This document shows positions 28,778 to 36,808 of a stretch of 64,000 bases of DNA, one piece after another; the first letter of the stretch is position 1; every line of letters starts with the position of its first letter. The position numbers were made by a program, and so were the translations under genes. The DNA comes from an uncultured Bacteroidaceae bacterium. Its GTDB lineage: Bacteria > Bacteroidota > Bacteroidia > Bacteroidales > GCA-2748055. The notes beneath the pieces were generated by a model that saw nothing but the letters and a program-made list of their open reading frames with translations, searched no databases and had not been told where the DNA came from. The DNA lies in the NCBI GenBank assembly GCA_964528675.1, contig CAZGTU010000007.1, positions 17,353-81,352 on the forward strand. The letters are read 5' to 3'.

Positions 28778-29527
28778 TTAATCCCTGCTCGAGAGTTTGG
28801 CCAGTAATCTTAAGAATTCAATGTAAAGCCATATTAGTGTGACCATCAGTCCGAAGGCACCATACCATTCCATGAATTTCGGAGCTCCGGCTTCTGCACC
28901 ATTTTCGATAAAATCAAAATCGAGGACAAGATTCATGGCAGCCACTACAACTACAACCAGGGAGAAGATAATCCCCATAGTGCCGTTACTGTGGATGAAT
29001 CCAATGTTCACTCCAAAAAGTCCAAGTATAAAAGACAGAAAGTAGGCAATTGCAATTCCCCCGGTGGCAGCCACCACTCCAAGCCTGAAATTATCAGTGA
29101 CCTTTATGATCCCTGAGCGATAAACTGCCAGCAGAGCAAACAAAGTTCCGAATGTTAGTGCAACCGCATTGACCACTATTCCCGGATATTGTGCATTGAA
29201 ATAAGCCGATATGCCACCAAGGAATAATCCTTGCAATACGGAATAAATAGGAGCTGTGATGGGTGCCCATGTCATTTTAAAAATAGTGATCAGGGCAGTA
29301 ATAAATCCCCCGATACCACCAATCAACATATAGGTTTGCATTGCAGAGATATTTCCCTCACCCATAAATTTCCATGTATAACCCGCACCTAAAACAACAA
29401 GCAGAAGCATGAGAAATATTTTATTTACCGTACCCCTGATGGTCATTGTTTCAGTGTAGGTTTTTTCTCTTGCAGAAGAGAACACATTCGTTGTCAATAC
29501 AGGATTAGCTGATCTTCTGATATTCAT
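28778..29527 (-). CDS. Bax inhibitor-1/YccA family membrane protein
   Basis: 249 aa with about 7 TM helices and a charged C-terminal tail (LRLLAKLSSRD), typical of the BI-1 family. Confidence 0.65.
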   Translation of the reverse strand: MNIRRSANPVLTTNVFSSAREKTYTETMTIRGTVNKIFLMLLLVVLGAGYTWKFMGEGNISAMQTYMLIGGIGGFITALITIFKMTWAPITAPIYSVLQGLFLGGISAYFNAQYPGIVVNAVALTFGTLFALLAVYRSGIIKVTDNFRLGVVAATGGIAIAYFLSFILGLFGVNIGFIHSNGTMGIIFSLVVVVVAAMNLVLDFDFIENGAEAGAPKFMEWYGAFGLMVTLIWLYIEFLRLLAKLSSRD

Positions 29528-29679
29528 TTTTTACTATTTATTGGTTGTCAAATATAGGATTTTTTATGAAATCAGAATATGACAAAGGGCATGCCAAATA
29601 ATTCTGTGTCAGTATTGGCTGTCAGTTTTGTCATATCTCAACAATTTCGTTCTTTTGTATGGCCTGAAATTTAAAATAT

Positions 29680-30999
29680 ATGCGGAATACGGTAAACAGG
29701 TTCCGGAAAAGTGAATTTATTAAGAATGTATTTACGCTGGTATCTGCTACATCGGTTGCTCAGGGTATTGCACTTCTCATTTATCCCTTACTGACAAGGA
29801 TATACACTCCTGCCGAACACGGACTGTTTGCACTTTATATGAGTGTTATTGCCGTTTCTGCCATGATCTCAACCGGTAAATATGAATTGGCAGTGATGAT
29901 TCCCAAAAAGGAAAAAGAGGGAATGAGCCTGGTATTTTTAGCATTGATATTATCATTCATATTCAGTTTGTTTCTTTTCTTAGTAATTGTGCTTTTCCAC
30001 AGTAAAATTCCTGCCTGGCTGGGGAATCCCGATATTGAGAGATGGCTCTTTTTTATACCGCTTTCCACATTTATGATTGCTGCATTTCAAGCTCTCAGTT
30101 ACTGGAATAATCGTTTGAAAAAATATCCAAATATAGCGACTGCAAATCTCGGACAGTCAATCCTGAATTCAATTGTAAAACTATCAACCAGCAACGCGAT
30201 TTCTTCGGGAGGAGGATTGATTACCGGTGCGATCGGAGGACAATTTGCAGGCTTAATGGTTTATGCAAAAAGATTTTTCCAAAAGGACAGAGATTATTTA
30301 AAGAAGATTGAAGGTCGGGACCTCAAAATGGTTGCAAAAAAATACAATTTCTTTCCCCGTTATAATATGCCTCATTACCTTACAAATAACTTTTCAACCA
30401 ATCTGCCGATTTTTGTTTTTAGTTCCTGGTTTTCTTCTTCTGAGGTAGGATTGTATTCACTGGCATTTCTCATGGTCAATCGTCCGATGAGCCTCATTAC
30501 TAACTCACTTACACAGGTTTTCTCACAGAGGGTAATAGAAAGACATAATAAAGGTGAAATAGTAAGAAAGGAAATTTTACAGTTGGTTAAAAGGCTCATT
30601 ATATTTTCTTTTATTCCATTTGTTCTGATAGGAATCTTTGGTCCTCGCATTTTCGGATTTGTTTTCGGAGAGGAATGGTTCCAGGCCGGCAGTTATATGC
30701 GCCTTTTGCTTCCATGGTTATTTATGGTTTTTATATCATCACCTCTTTCTTTTCTTCCCGATCTCCTGTCTCTGCAAAAAAAGGCGATGTGGATTGATAT
30801 AATTAAGTTTATCTTCAGAGTGATTGCTTTGAGTATTGGCGTGATAATGAAGGATATAACAATAGCCATCATCCTTTTTAGTGCAATTAGTTTCATTCTT
30901 GTTTCATATAGTCTATTTTGGTATGTAAATTTGTCGGCGTTAGCCGATAAAAGGTCAGCAGCATTGAAAGTCGATAAATCACTTAAAACGAATGACTAA
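29680..30999 (+). CDS. oligosaccharide/polysaccharide flippase (Wzx-like, MOP superfamily)
   Basis: 439 aa with about 12 TM helices. First gene of four with overlapping start/stop codons alongside glycan-modifying enzymes. Confidence 0.65.
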   Translation: MRNTVNRFRKSEFIKNVFTLVSATSVAQGIALLIYPLLTRIYTPAEHGLFALYMSVIAVSAMISTGKYELAVMIPKKEKEGMSLVFLALILSFIFSLFLFLVIVLFHSKIPAWLGNPDIERWLFFIPLSTFMIAAFQALSYWNNRLKKYPNIATANLGQSILNSIVKLSTSNAISSGGGLITGAIGGQFAGLMVYAKRFFQKDRDYLKKIEGRDLKMVAKKYNFFPRYNMPHYLTNNFSTNLPIFVFSSWFSSSEVGLYSLAFLMVNRPMSLITNSLTQVFSQRVIERHNKGEIVRKEILQLVKRLIIFSFIPFVLIGIFGPRIFGFVFGEEWFQAGSYMRLLLPWLFMVFISSPLSFLPDLLSLQKKAMWIDIIKFIFRVIALSIGVIMKDITIAIILFSAISFILVSYSLFWYVNLSALADKRSAALKVDKSLKTND

Positions 31000-31810
31000 G
31001 ATCATAAAAGCTCTGAAGGCTTTAAATTTGATTCTCCAAAGACCTGTTTTACTTAATAAAGTATTGCAGGATCCCGATTACTGGAAAGAGCATGTAAAGA
31101 AGAGATATGGACTGGGTGAGGGTCTTCCGGTACTTGATCCTTCAGAATTATTTGGAAGAAATTACACCGAGGAGCTCAAAGTTTTTACTTTTCTGGACGG
31201 AGGTTCACTGGTTACTGATATCGCCCTGCTGAAAGGCCTTGCCAGGCAATTTGATAAATGCCGTTATTTTGAAATAGGTACCTGGAGAGGAGAATCTGCT
31301 GTTAATTTGGCTGAAATCTGTAAGGAAGTATTTACCCTGAATTTATCAGAAGAGGAAATGAAGAAACTTGATGTTCCTGAAGAAATTATTGCCCAGCAGG
31401 ATATGTTCTCAAAGAAAAATGAGGGCATTATTCATCTGAAAGGGAATTCCAGGGATTATAATTTCGCGGCCATAGCTAAAAAGTTCGATTTGATTTTTAT
31501 TGATGGTTCCCACCATTACGAAGATGTAAAAAACGATACTGAAAAGGTTTTTACACATCTTGTTCATGATAATTCAATTGTTGTATGGCATGATTACGGT
31601 GTAAATCCTGATGAGGTCAGGTTCCAGGTATTTGCGGGTATTCTTGATGGTCTGGGTCCTGAGAAACACCGGAATTTGTATCATGTTGCACATACGAAAT
31701 CTGCAGTTTTTTTTCAAAAATCAATGAAGACAGGGGAATTGCAAAAACCTTACAGGCCCGTCCATTATTATTCTGTTAACTTAAAATATAATCCCATTGA
31801 AAAAGGATAA
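30992..31810 (+). CDS. class I SAM-dependent methyltransferase-like protein
   Basis: 272 aa with YFEIGTWRGESA (glycine-rich SAM loop analogue) and LIFIDGSHHYEDV blocks. Overlaps the wzx stop by 8 nt. Confidence 0.55.
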   Translation: MTKIIKALKALNLILQRPVLLNKVLQDPDYWKEHVKKRYGLGEGLPVLDPSELFGRNYTEELKVFTFLDGGSLVTDIALLKGLARQFDKCRYFEIGTWRGESAVNLAEICKEVFTLNLSEEEMKKLDVPEEIIAQQDMFSKKNEGIIHLKGNSRDYNFAAIAKKFDLIFIDGSHHYEDVKNDTEKVFTHLVHDNSIVVWHDYGVNPDEVRFQVFAGILDGLGPEKHRNLYHVAHTKSAVFFQKSMKTGELQKPYRPVHYYSVNLKYNPIEKG

Positions 31811-33002
31811 AGTAAAAATACTCATTTTACCATCCTGGTATCCTCCCGATGGTGGTGGATTTTTTAAGGACCATGCCGAGGCCCTTCATTATGGTGATTT
31901 TAGCGTTGATGTACTTGTTAACAGGGTAATGGGTATTACACGGCATTCAATTTACCAGATCCTGAGTTCCAGGAAATACCGCCAAAGTGTTGAGGGTCCC
32001 TTGAAAGTATTTCGTTCAGGATACCTGAAATGGCCCCTCATGGAAAAGAGAAATCTTAAAGGGTGGGTTAAAAAATATATTGAAATTTATAAAGAATATC
32101 GTAAGCAGAATGGGGATCCGGATATTATCATTGCTCACAGTACTATCTGGGCAGGATATGTGGCAGCACGCCTGAAAGAACTTTATGAAATACCTTATAT
32201 TCTTGTTGAGCACCGTAGCAGATTTGCCAAAGATGTTGAGGCTGCCCAGCAAATGATCAGGAAATGGTATTTTCCTTATATCAGAAGTTCACTTGTGAAG
32301 GCAGATAAGATCATTACAGTTAGTAAAGCTATAGATAACCAGTTGATTAGCGTATCCCCGGGAATTCGGAATAAGATTAACACTATTCCAAATCTCATTG
32401 ATACGGATTATTTCAATCTTCCTGAAAAAACGAGAGACAGAGAACCTTTTATCATCATTTCATTTGGTATTCTTGAATATGTAAAGGGCTTTGATATTCT
32501 TATTAAGGCTTTTGCTGAGTTCATTAAAGAACATGATGGAGAATCATTTTTGAGAATAGGGGGAAGAGGGACGAAATATAAAAAATTGAAAAAGCTTGCC
32601 AGGGACCTTGGTGTGGGCGACCGTGTAAGTCTTCACGGCTATGTTCCGAGAGAAGAAGTTAAAAGGGAAATGCAGCTCGCCAATTTATTTGTTTTGCCAA
32701 GCCGCTTTGAAGCTTTTGGAGTGGTACTTATTGAAGCTATGGCTACAGGTTGTCCTGTTATCAGTACATATTCGGGCGGACCTGAATATATAGTCAAGGA
32801 TTCTGATGGAATTCTGGTGGAACCGGATAATGTTAAGTCGCTGGTTAAGGCCATATCAACGATCTATGAAAACTATGAGAGTTATGATCCAAGGGCAATA
32901 AGAAAGGATGTCGTTGATAATTATACTAAAGAGGTTATACGTGATAACTATCATCAAATAATCAGGGAGATTTTAGATGAAAAGAGTGTTTCTTCAAAAT
33001 AA
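31797..33002 (+). CDS. glycosyltransferase family 4 (GT-B fold)
   Basis: EAFGVVLIEAMATGCPVIST (E-x7-E region). It apparently starts at the TTG at 31797, since there is no nearby in-frame ATG, and overlaps the upstream stop by 14 nt. Confidence 0.8.
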   Translation: MKKDKVKILILPSWYPPDGGGFFKDHAEALHYGDFSVDVLVNRVMGITRHSIYQILSSRKYRQSVEGPLKVFRSGYLKWPLMEKRNLKGWVKKYIEIYKEYRKQNGDPDIIIAHSTIWAGYVAARLKELYEIPYILVEHRSRFAKDVEAAQQMIRKWYFPYIRSSLVKADKIITVSKAIDNQLISVSPGIRNKINTIPNLIDTDYFNLPEKTRDREPFIIISFGILEYVKGFDILIKAFAEFIKEHDGESFLRIGGRGTKYKKLKKLARDLGVGDRVSLHGYVPREEVKREMQLANLFVLPSRFEAFGVVLIEAMATGCPVISTYSGGPEYIVKDSDGILVEPDNVKSLVKAISTIYENYESYDPRAIRKDVVDNYTKEVIRDNYHQIIREILDEKSVSSK

Positions 33003-34587
33003 TCGTGGATTTTTCTGGAATAGCTCTGAAAACTGTTTTGTTAAGGGTTATATTTTTGATAAATCGGGGATATTGTACAGGGATGATGATCTTCTTGACT
33101 ATTTCGAGAAGGTTGATTCTTTCGCCGATTTTGAAGAAAGAGTGAGGTATGCAAATGGTTGTTTCAGTGTTGTTGTTAAAAAGGAAGAAGATCTTTTTAT
33201 AGCTGTGGATAAAATCCGTTCTATCCCAATGTTCTATGCGCGGATCGAGGGGAACTGGATCGTTTCGGATAATCCTTATTATATAATCGGCAGAGCAGGA
33301 TTTTCAGAAAAGAACACCCCTGCAGTTATGGAATTTATGGCTACCGGTTATGTTACGGGAAATGAAACCCTGGTTGAAGGAGTGAGGCAGGTGCAGGCTT
33401 CTGAGATTATTCATCTGAAGCAGGATGATCTGTTTACCAAATTTTACTATACCTTCAGGGTAAGTGATACCATTGATGATGAATATCAGGACATGAAGAC
33501 TGCCGGAATCAGAGTCTTTGAGAATGCCTTCAAGCGGCTTATGGATAGCATGCAAGGCAGAACGGCAGTCATTCCTTTGAGCGGGGGTTATGATAGTCGT
33601 TTTATTGCAGCCATGTTTAAGAAGTTTAATTATGAAAAAGTAATCTGTTTTACCTACGGAAGAAAAGGGAATCCAGAAATCAAAGTTAGTGCTGAAGTGG
33701 CCAGGAGATTGGGTTATGAATGGCATTATGTTGAATATAATGATAAATTGATTGATGATTATATTAAAGAAAGCGAATTCCGGGATTACTACCGGTTTGC
33801 TTCCAACCTGGTTTCCATGTTTTTTATGCAGGAATATTTCGCAGTGAAATATCTAAAGGAAAATGAGCTTATACCGGAAAATAGTGTGTTTATTCCAGGA
33901 CATTCCGGTGATTTTCTTGGCGGAAGTCAATTGAACAAGCACGGCAACCTTAACCTCGAAGAAGATGATAAAGCAATTGTACAACGGATTTATAACGTAA
34001 AATACTGCTATAAAAAACCAACCGGGAAAGATATTCCCAGAATCCACGAGAGAATAAACAAAAGTCTTAAAGAAAAGTATCACGGGAAACAAAGTCATGC
34101 TTATTCTATTCACGAGGACTGGGACTTCAAGGAAAAATTGGCCAAGTTTAATTTTAATTCTGTAACCACTTATACCTTTTTCGGTTACGAGTTTAGGTTG
34201 CCATTCTGGGATTCAGACCTTCTGGATTTTTTCAAATATTTACCCTTGCATGCAAAGATCAATAAATACCTGTATGATGATATTTTAACAAATGAGTATT
34301 TTGCGAAATTTGATTTGAATTTCCGGGAAAAATTACAAATGTCGCAGGGCGATCTACGTATGCTAAAGCTAAAAACCCGAATTAAAAGATACCTTCCTGA
34401 ATCCGTAAAAAGATTCTTTATGAAGTCTAAGGACGGATTATTTTATAATGAAATAACCGCCATCATGAAAAAAGACCTTGAAAAAAGGGAGATTAATATA
34501 AAAGTACACGGAAATTCATTCAATTCTCTCATCATTCAATGGTATTATTATAAGATCCTGGATCTTTTGAAAGAAAATAAGGCGTAA
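32977..34587 (+). CDS. asparagine synthetase B-family adenylating enzyme lacking the N-terminal Cys nucleophile
   Basis: PP-loop PLSGGYDSRF. The N-terminus is MKRVFLQNN rather than MCG. Overlaps the GT4 stop by 26 nt. Confidence 0.7.
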   Translation: MKRVFLQNNRGFFWNSSENCFVKGYIFDKSGILYRDDDLLDYFEKVDSFADFEERVRYANGCFSVVVKKEEDLFIAVDKIRSIPMFYARIEGNWIVSDNPYYIIGRAGFSEKNTPAVMEFMATGYVTGNETLVEGVRQVQASEIIHLKQDDLFTKFYYTFRVSDTIDDEYQDMKTAGIRVFENAFKRLMDSMQGRTAVIPLSGGYDSRFIAAMFKKFNYEKVICFTYGRKGNPEIKVSAEVARRLGYEWHYVEYNDKLIDDYIKESEFRDYYRFASNLVSMFFMQEYFAVKYLKENELIPENSVFIPGHSGDFLGGSQLNKHGNLNLEEDDKAIVQRIYNVKYCYKKPTGKDIPRIHERINKSLKEKYHGKQSHAYSIHEDWDFKEKLAKFNFNSVTTYTFFGYEFRLPFWDSDLLDFFKYLPLHAKINKYLYDDILTNEYFAKFDLNFREKLQMSQGDLRMLKLKTRIKRYLPESVKRFFMKSKDGLFYNEITAIMKKDLEKREINIKVHGNSFNSLIIQWYYYKILDLLKENKA

Positions 34588-34629
34588 AAAAAATCTGTTT
34601 ATTTTATTTAAATAATCTAAGAAAAAAGC

Positions 34630-34637
34630 TAAATTTG
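34630..34637 (+). promoter_or_regulatory. -7 box TAAATTTG upstream of tRNA-His
   Basis: taaatttg at 34630-34637, 70 nt upstream of the tRNA 5' end. Confidence 0.35.
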
Positions 34638-34706
34638 CACTCCGAAATTAATGGACATCATCATTCATTGTTTTATAAGATGATTTTCGATTCATTAATG
34701 GAGATA

Positions 34707-34784
34707 TTTTTTAAATGGTGGATGTAGCTCAGCAGGTTAGAGCGCTGGATTGTGGTTCCAGAGGTCGCCGGTTCGAACCCGGTC
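34707..34784 (+). tRNA. tRNA-His (anticodon GTG) with encoded G-1 and 3' CCA
   Basis: Hand-folded cloverleaf. D stem GCTC/GAGC; anticodon stem CTGGA/TCCAG with loop TTGTGGT; T arm GCCGG-TTCGAAC-CCGGT. An extra 5' G can pair with C73, a His identity feature. There is one U6-U67 mismatch in the acceptor stem. Confidence 0.9.
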
Positions 34785-34787
34785 TTC

Positions 34788-34833
34788 CACCCCAGAAGAA
34801 CAGACCCCGAGGGTTTCAAAACCCCTCGGGGTC
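34788..34833 (+). terminator. strong intrinsic terminator after tRNA-His
   Basis: Perfect 16-bp stem gaacagaccccgaggg / ccctcggggtctgttc (34788-34803 and 34813-34828) followed by T5. Confidence 0.85.
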
Positions 34834-34864
34834 TGTTCTTTTTAAGGAAAACAATAGTTCTTTA

Positions 34865-34884
34865 ATCCTCTTTCGCTCCGATAG
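34865..34884. repeat. perfect 20-bp palindrome GCTCCGATAG|CTATCGGAGC
   Basis: Read directly; the reverse complement is identical. It lies in the noncoding spacer downstream of tRNA-His. Confidence 0.9.
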
Positions 34885-34904
34885 CTATCGGAGCTGCGGC
34901 GGAC

Positions 34905-34965
34905 GAGAAGACATGGTTTAATCCCTCGGGGCTTGCCCCGAAAACAAGGGTCCAGGGCTTGCCCC
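34905..34965. repeat. GC-rich element with two GGGG-CTTG-CCCC type hairpins, bounded by the direct repeat GGTTTAAT
   Basis: GGTTTAAT at 34905-34912 and 34958-34965. Hairpins at 34917-34930 (5 bp, CTTG loop) and 34942-34957 (5 bp plus one mismatch, CTTG loop). A shared 12-mer gggcttgccccg occurs twice. Confidence 0.7.
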
Positions 34966-35045
34966 GGGGTTTAATACCATTTATTTTTTGCGGTCAATCT
35001 GTGATGAAATCAGAATCTATATTGACTCTTCAGACAGTCATTTTA

Positions 35046-35930
35046 CTATCCCTTTAGGTATTCCAGATCCCTGATTTCCTCAAATTTTTTCGCAGCTAAT
35101 TTGGATGAAGGATGAGTCAGAACAGACTCTACACTAACCTCGGGAAGGAGTTTATCGGCCAGGCCGTTTTTAATAAAAATAAAATTAAACCCGAGTTCAT
35201 TTGCCCCTACCAGCCGGTATCCTTTCCTTTTGGCCAGTCTATTCATGGCAACCGGTGATGCACCATGATATAATGGATGTTTTCCGGGATAGCTGTAATC
35301 AGCATCATAAGGCACTACAACATTATTCATTCCAAACTCGTTATGGGTTTCAATTATTACTACCCGTGGATTGATTACATCCAATGCATCCCATATCCAG
35401 TAATCATTTCCATCAATATCGATAGATAATAATCCGATCTCACCGGAATAGCCTGAATCTTTTATGATTACATTAATATTTTCCCGGGTTACTTTTTTAC
35501 AAATAAACTCTGGTGCATAAAACCAGGGATGCGGATATTTACTGAAGAATTTCTTGCCACGCTTTATACTTTCCGGATTTGCATCAATAAAAAGACCATG
35601 CCAACCAAAATTAAAATAAAGGTTGGCTGAATTGCTGTTAACCCCATCATCTGAACCAATCTCAACAAAAGTTTTAACATCCATACCAATCACAGAGAAT
35701 ATAAAAAGTAGCTTACCATCCTCTTCAAATTGTGAAAAAACCCGGAATCCGGTTTCCGAAAGCGGGGGCAGGTCATTTTTTGTTGCACCATCTCTGTAAT
35801 AATGAAATAATTGACGCTGGGATATTTGTACGGAAGGAGTGAAGCGGTTTCGGATCTTTGTGATAAGAAATTTGTCCTTCAGGAAGTTTTTGATCATCTG
35901 GTTATATTTTATTAGCGAATTCTTTAACAA
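35046..35930 (-). CDS. FkbM-like class I methyltransferase-fold protein (hypothetical)
   Basis: Segments FVEIGSDDGVNSNS and LLSIDIDGNDYWIW resemble FkbM-type methyltransferases. The start is either the TTG at 35930 or the ATG at 35897. Confidence 0.4.
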   Translation of the reverse strand: MLKNSLIKYNQMIKNFLKDKFLITKIRNRFTPSVQISQRQLFHYYRDGATKNDLPPLSETGFRVFSQFEEDGKLLFIFSVIGMDVKTFVEIGSDDGVNSNSANLYFNFGWHGLFIDANPESIKRGKKFFSKYPHPWFYAPEFICKKVTRENINVIIKDSGYSGEIGLLSIDIDGNDYWIWDALDVINPRVVIIETHNEFGMNNVVVPYDADYSYPGKHPLYHGASPVAMNRLAKRKGYRLVGANELGFNFIFIKNGLADKLLPEVSVESVLTHPSSKLAAKKFEEIRDLEYLKG

Positions 35931-36043
35931 ACAAGGGTGTTTATTTCATTGATAAAAGTAAGGATTTCTGTTAAAAGAGAGAAGTTTATCCAGGAGATCT
36001 GTATGAGTACAATACCTAAAGCCAGATAGGGTGATGAATTAAT

Positions 36044-36079
36044 AAAAAAGAAAGGAAGCCTCTCTCGAAACTTCCCTTC
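36044..36079 (-). terminator. intrinsic terminator downstream of the LExWM-repeat gene
   Basis: On the minus strand, GAAGGGAAG-(12 nt)-CTTCCTTTC (9 bp with one G-U) followed by T6. Confidence 0.6.
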
Positions 36080-36128
36080 ATTGCTAACCACTTAAACCTA
36101 AAAAAGAAATTATTAATCTGAGCTATAT

Positions 36129-36587
36129 TTAGAATTTTAACATCCAATCTTCAAGGACCAGTTCCTTCTCGGTAAAATTTTCGCTATAAGGGAAAGGATT
36201 GAGCATCCATTCTTCGAGGTCCATTGCTGTTTCTATTTCTGAGATTTCAAATGTTTTGGTCATCCAGCTTTCCAGTTCCATGCCTGGGTCCAGAGGAAGC
36301 ATTTCCGAATTAAAATTCTCTGCTTCTGTCATCCAGTTTTCCAGCATCAACTCATCTTCAAAGAAATTTTCTTCGGTGGTGAACTCATTTGCACTGGTCA
36401 TCCAGTTTTCCAATTGAAGTTCTACGTCAAAGACATTTTTTACTTTTTCAACAATTTTTTCTGAGTTTTCTTTTTTGGATTTCTTTTCTTTATCACCTTT
36501 AGTTCCGTCGGCATATACATTTGTTGTTGTTACCAGAATTGCCAGACTCAGTATGATATGTAAGATGTTTTTCCTCATGACTTGCAT
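36129..36587 (-). CDS. secreted acidic protein composed of five L-E-x-W-M repeats (hypothetical)
   Basis: Signal peptide, K/E-rich linker, then ELQLENWM, ELMLENWM, GMELESWM, AMDLEEWM and ELVLEDWM spaced 16-22 aa apart. Confidence 0.6.
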   Translation of the reverse strand: MQVMRKNILHIILSLAILVTTTNVYADGTKGDKEKKSKKENSEKIVEKVKNVFDVELQLENWMTSANEFTTEENFFEDELMLENWMTEAENFNSEMLPLDPGMELESWMTKTFEISEIETAMDLEEWMLNPFPYSENFTEKELVLEDWMLKF

Positions 36588-36761
36588 TTTTACTTGTTCA
36601 ACGAACCTGACATGTGATAAACAACGCCTGTGCCAAAAAATGCAAACTACTGAAAGACAGATATATGTGTGGGATTACTTACATATTAATAATGGTTAAA
36701 AATGAACGGTTATGAAACAGGGGTGTACGATATCGGACGGCTTGTTCAGTAAGCAGAAAAA

Positions 36762-36806
36762 CTCACTTCACTCACTTCACTCACTTTACTCACTTTACTC
36801 ACTACC
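36762..36806. repeat. five tandem 9-bp units CTCACTTCA x2, CTCACTTTA x2, CTCACTACC
   Basis: Read directly. Lies within a 62-nt stretch (36761-36822) that has no G on the plus strand. Abuts the stop codon (36809-36811) of the DUF2147 gene. Confidence 0.9.
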
Positions 36807-36808
36807 AC

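Noticed and set aside
32977-34587. AsnB-like enzyme as a lasso-peptide cyclase
   Set aside because: There is no adjacent precursor peptide ORF and no transglutaminase-like B protein or RRE. The context is flippase, methyltransferase and glycosyltransferase, which fits glycan amidation better.
34715-34921. 68-aa ORF (MVDVAQQVRALDCGSRGRRFEPGLPP...)
   Set aside because: It is the translation of tRNA-His, its terminator and the GC-rich hairpins. It is an artefact of structured RNA sequence, not a gene.
36762-36806. Could the short tandem repeats here and at 60960-60987 be a CRISPR array?
   Set aside because: The units are 9 and 7 bp, directly abutting with no spacers. No cas genes are present in the window.
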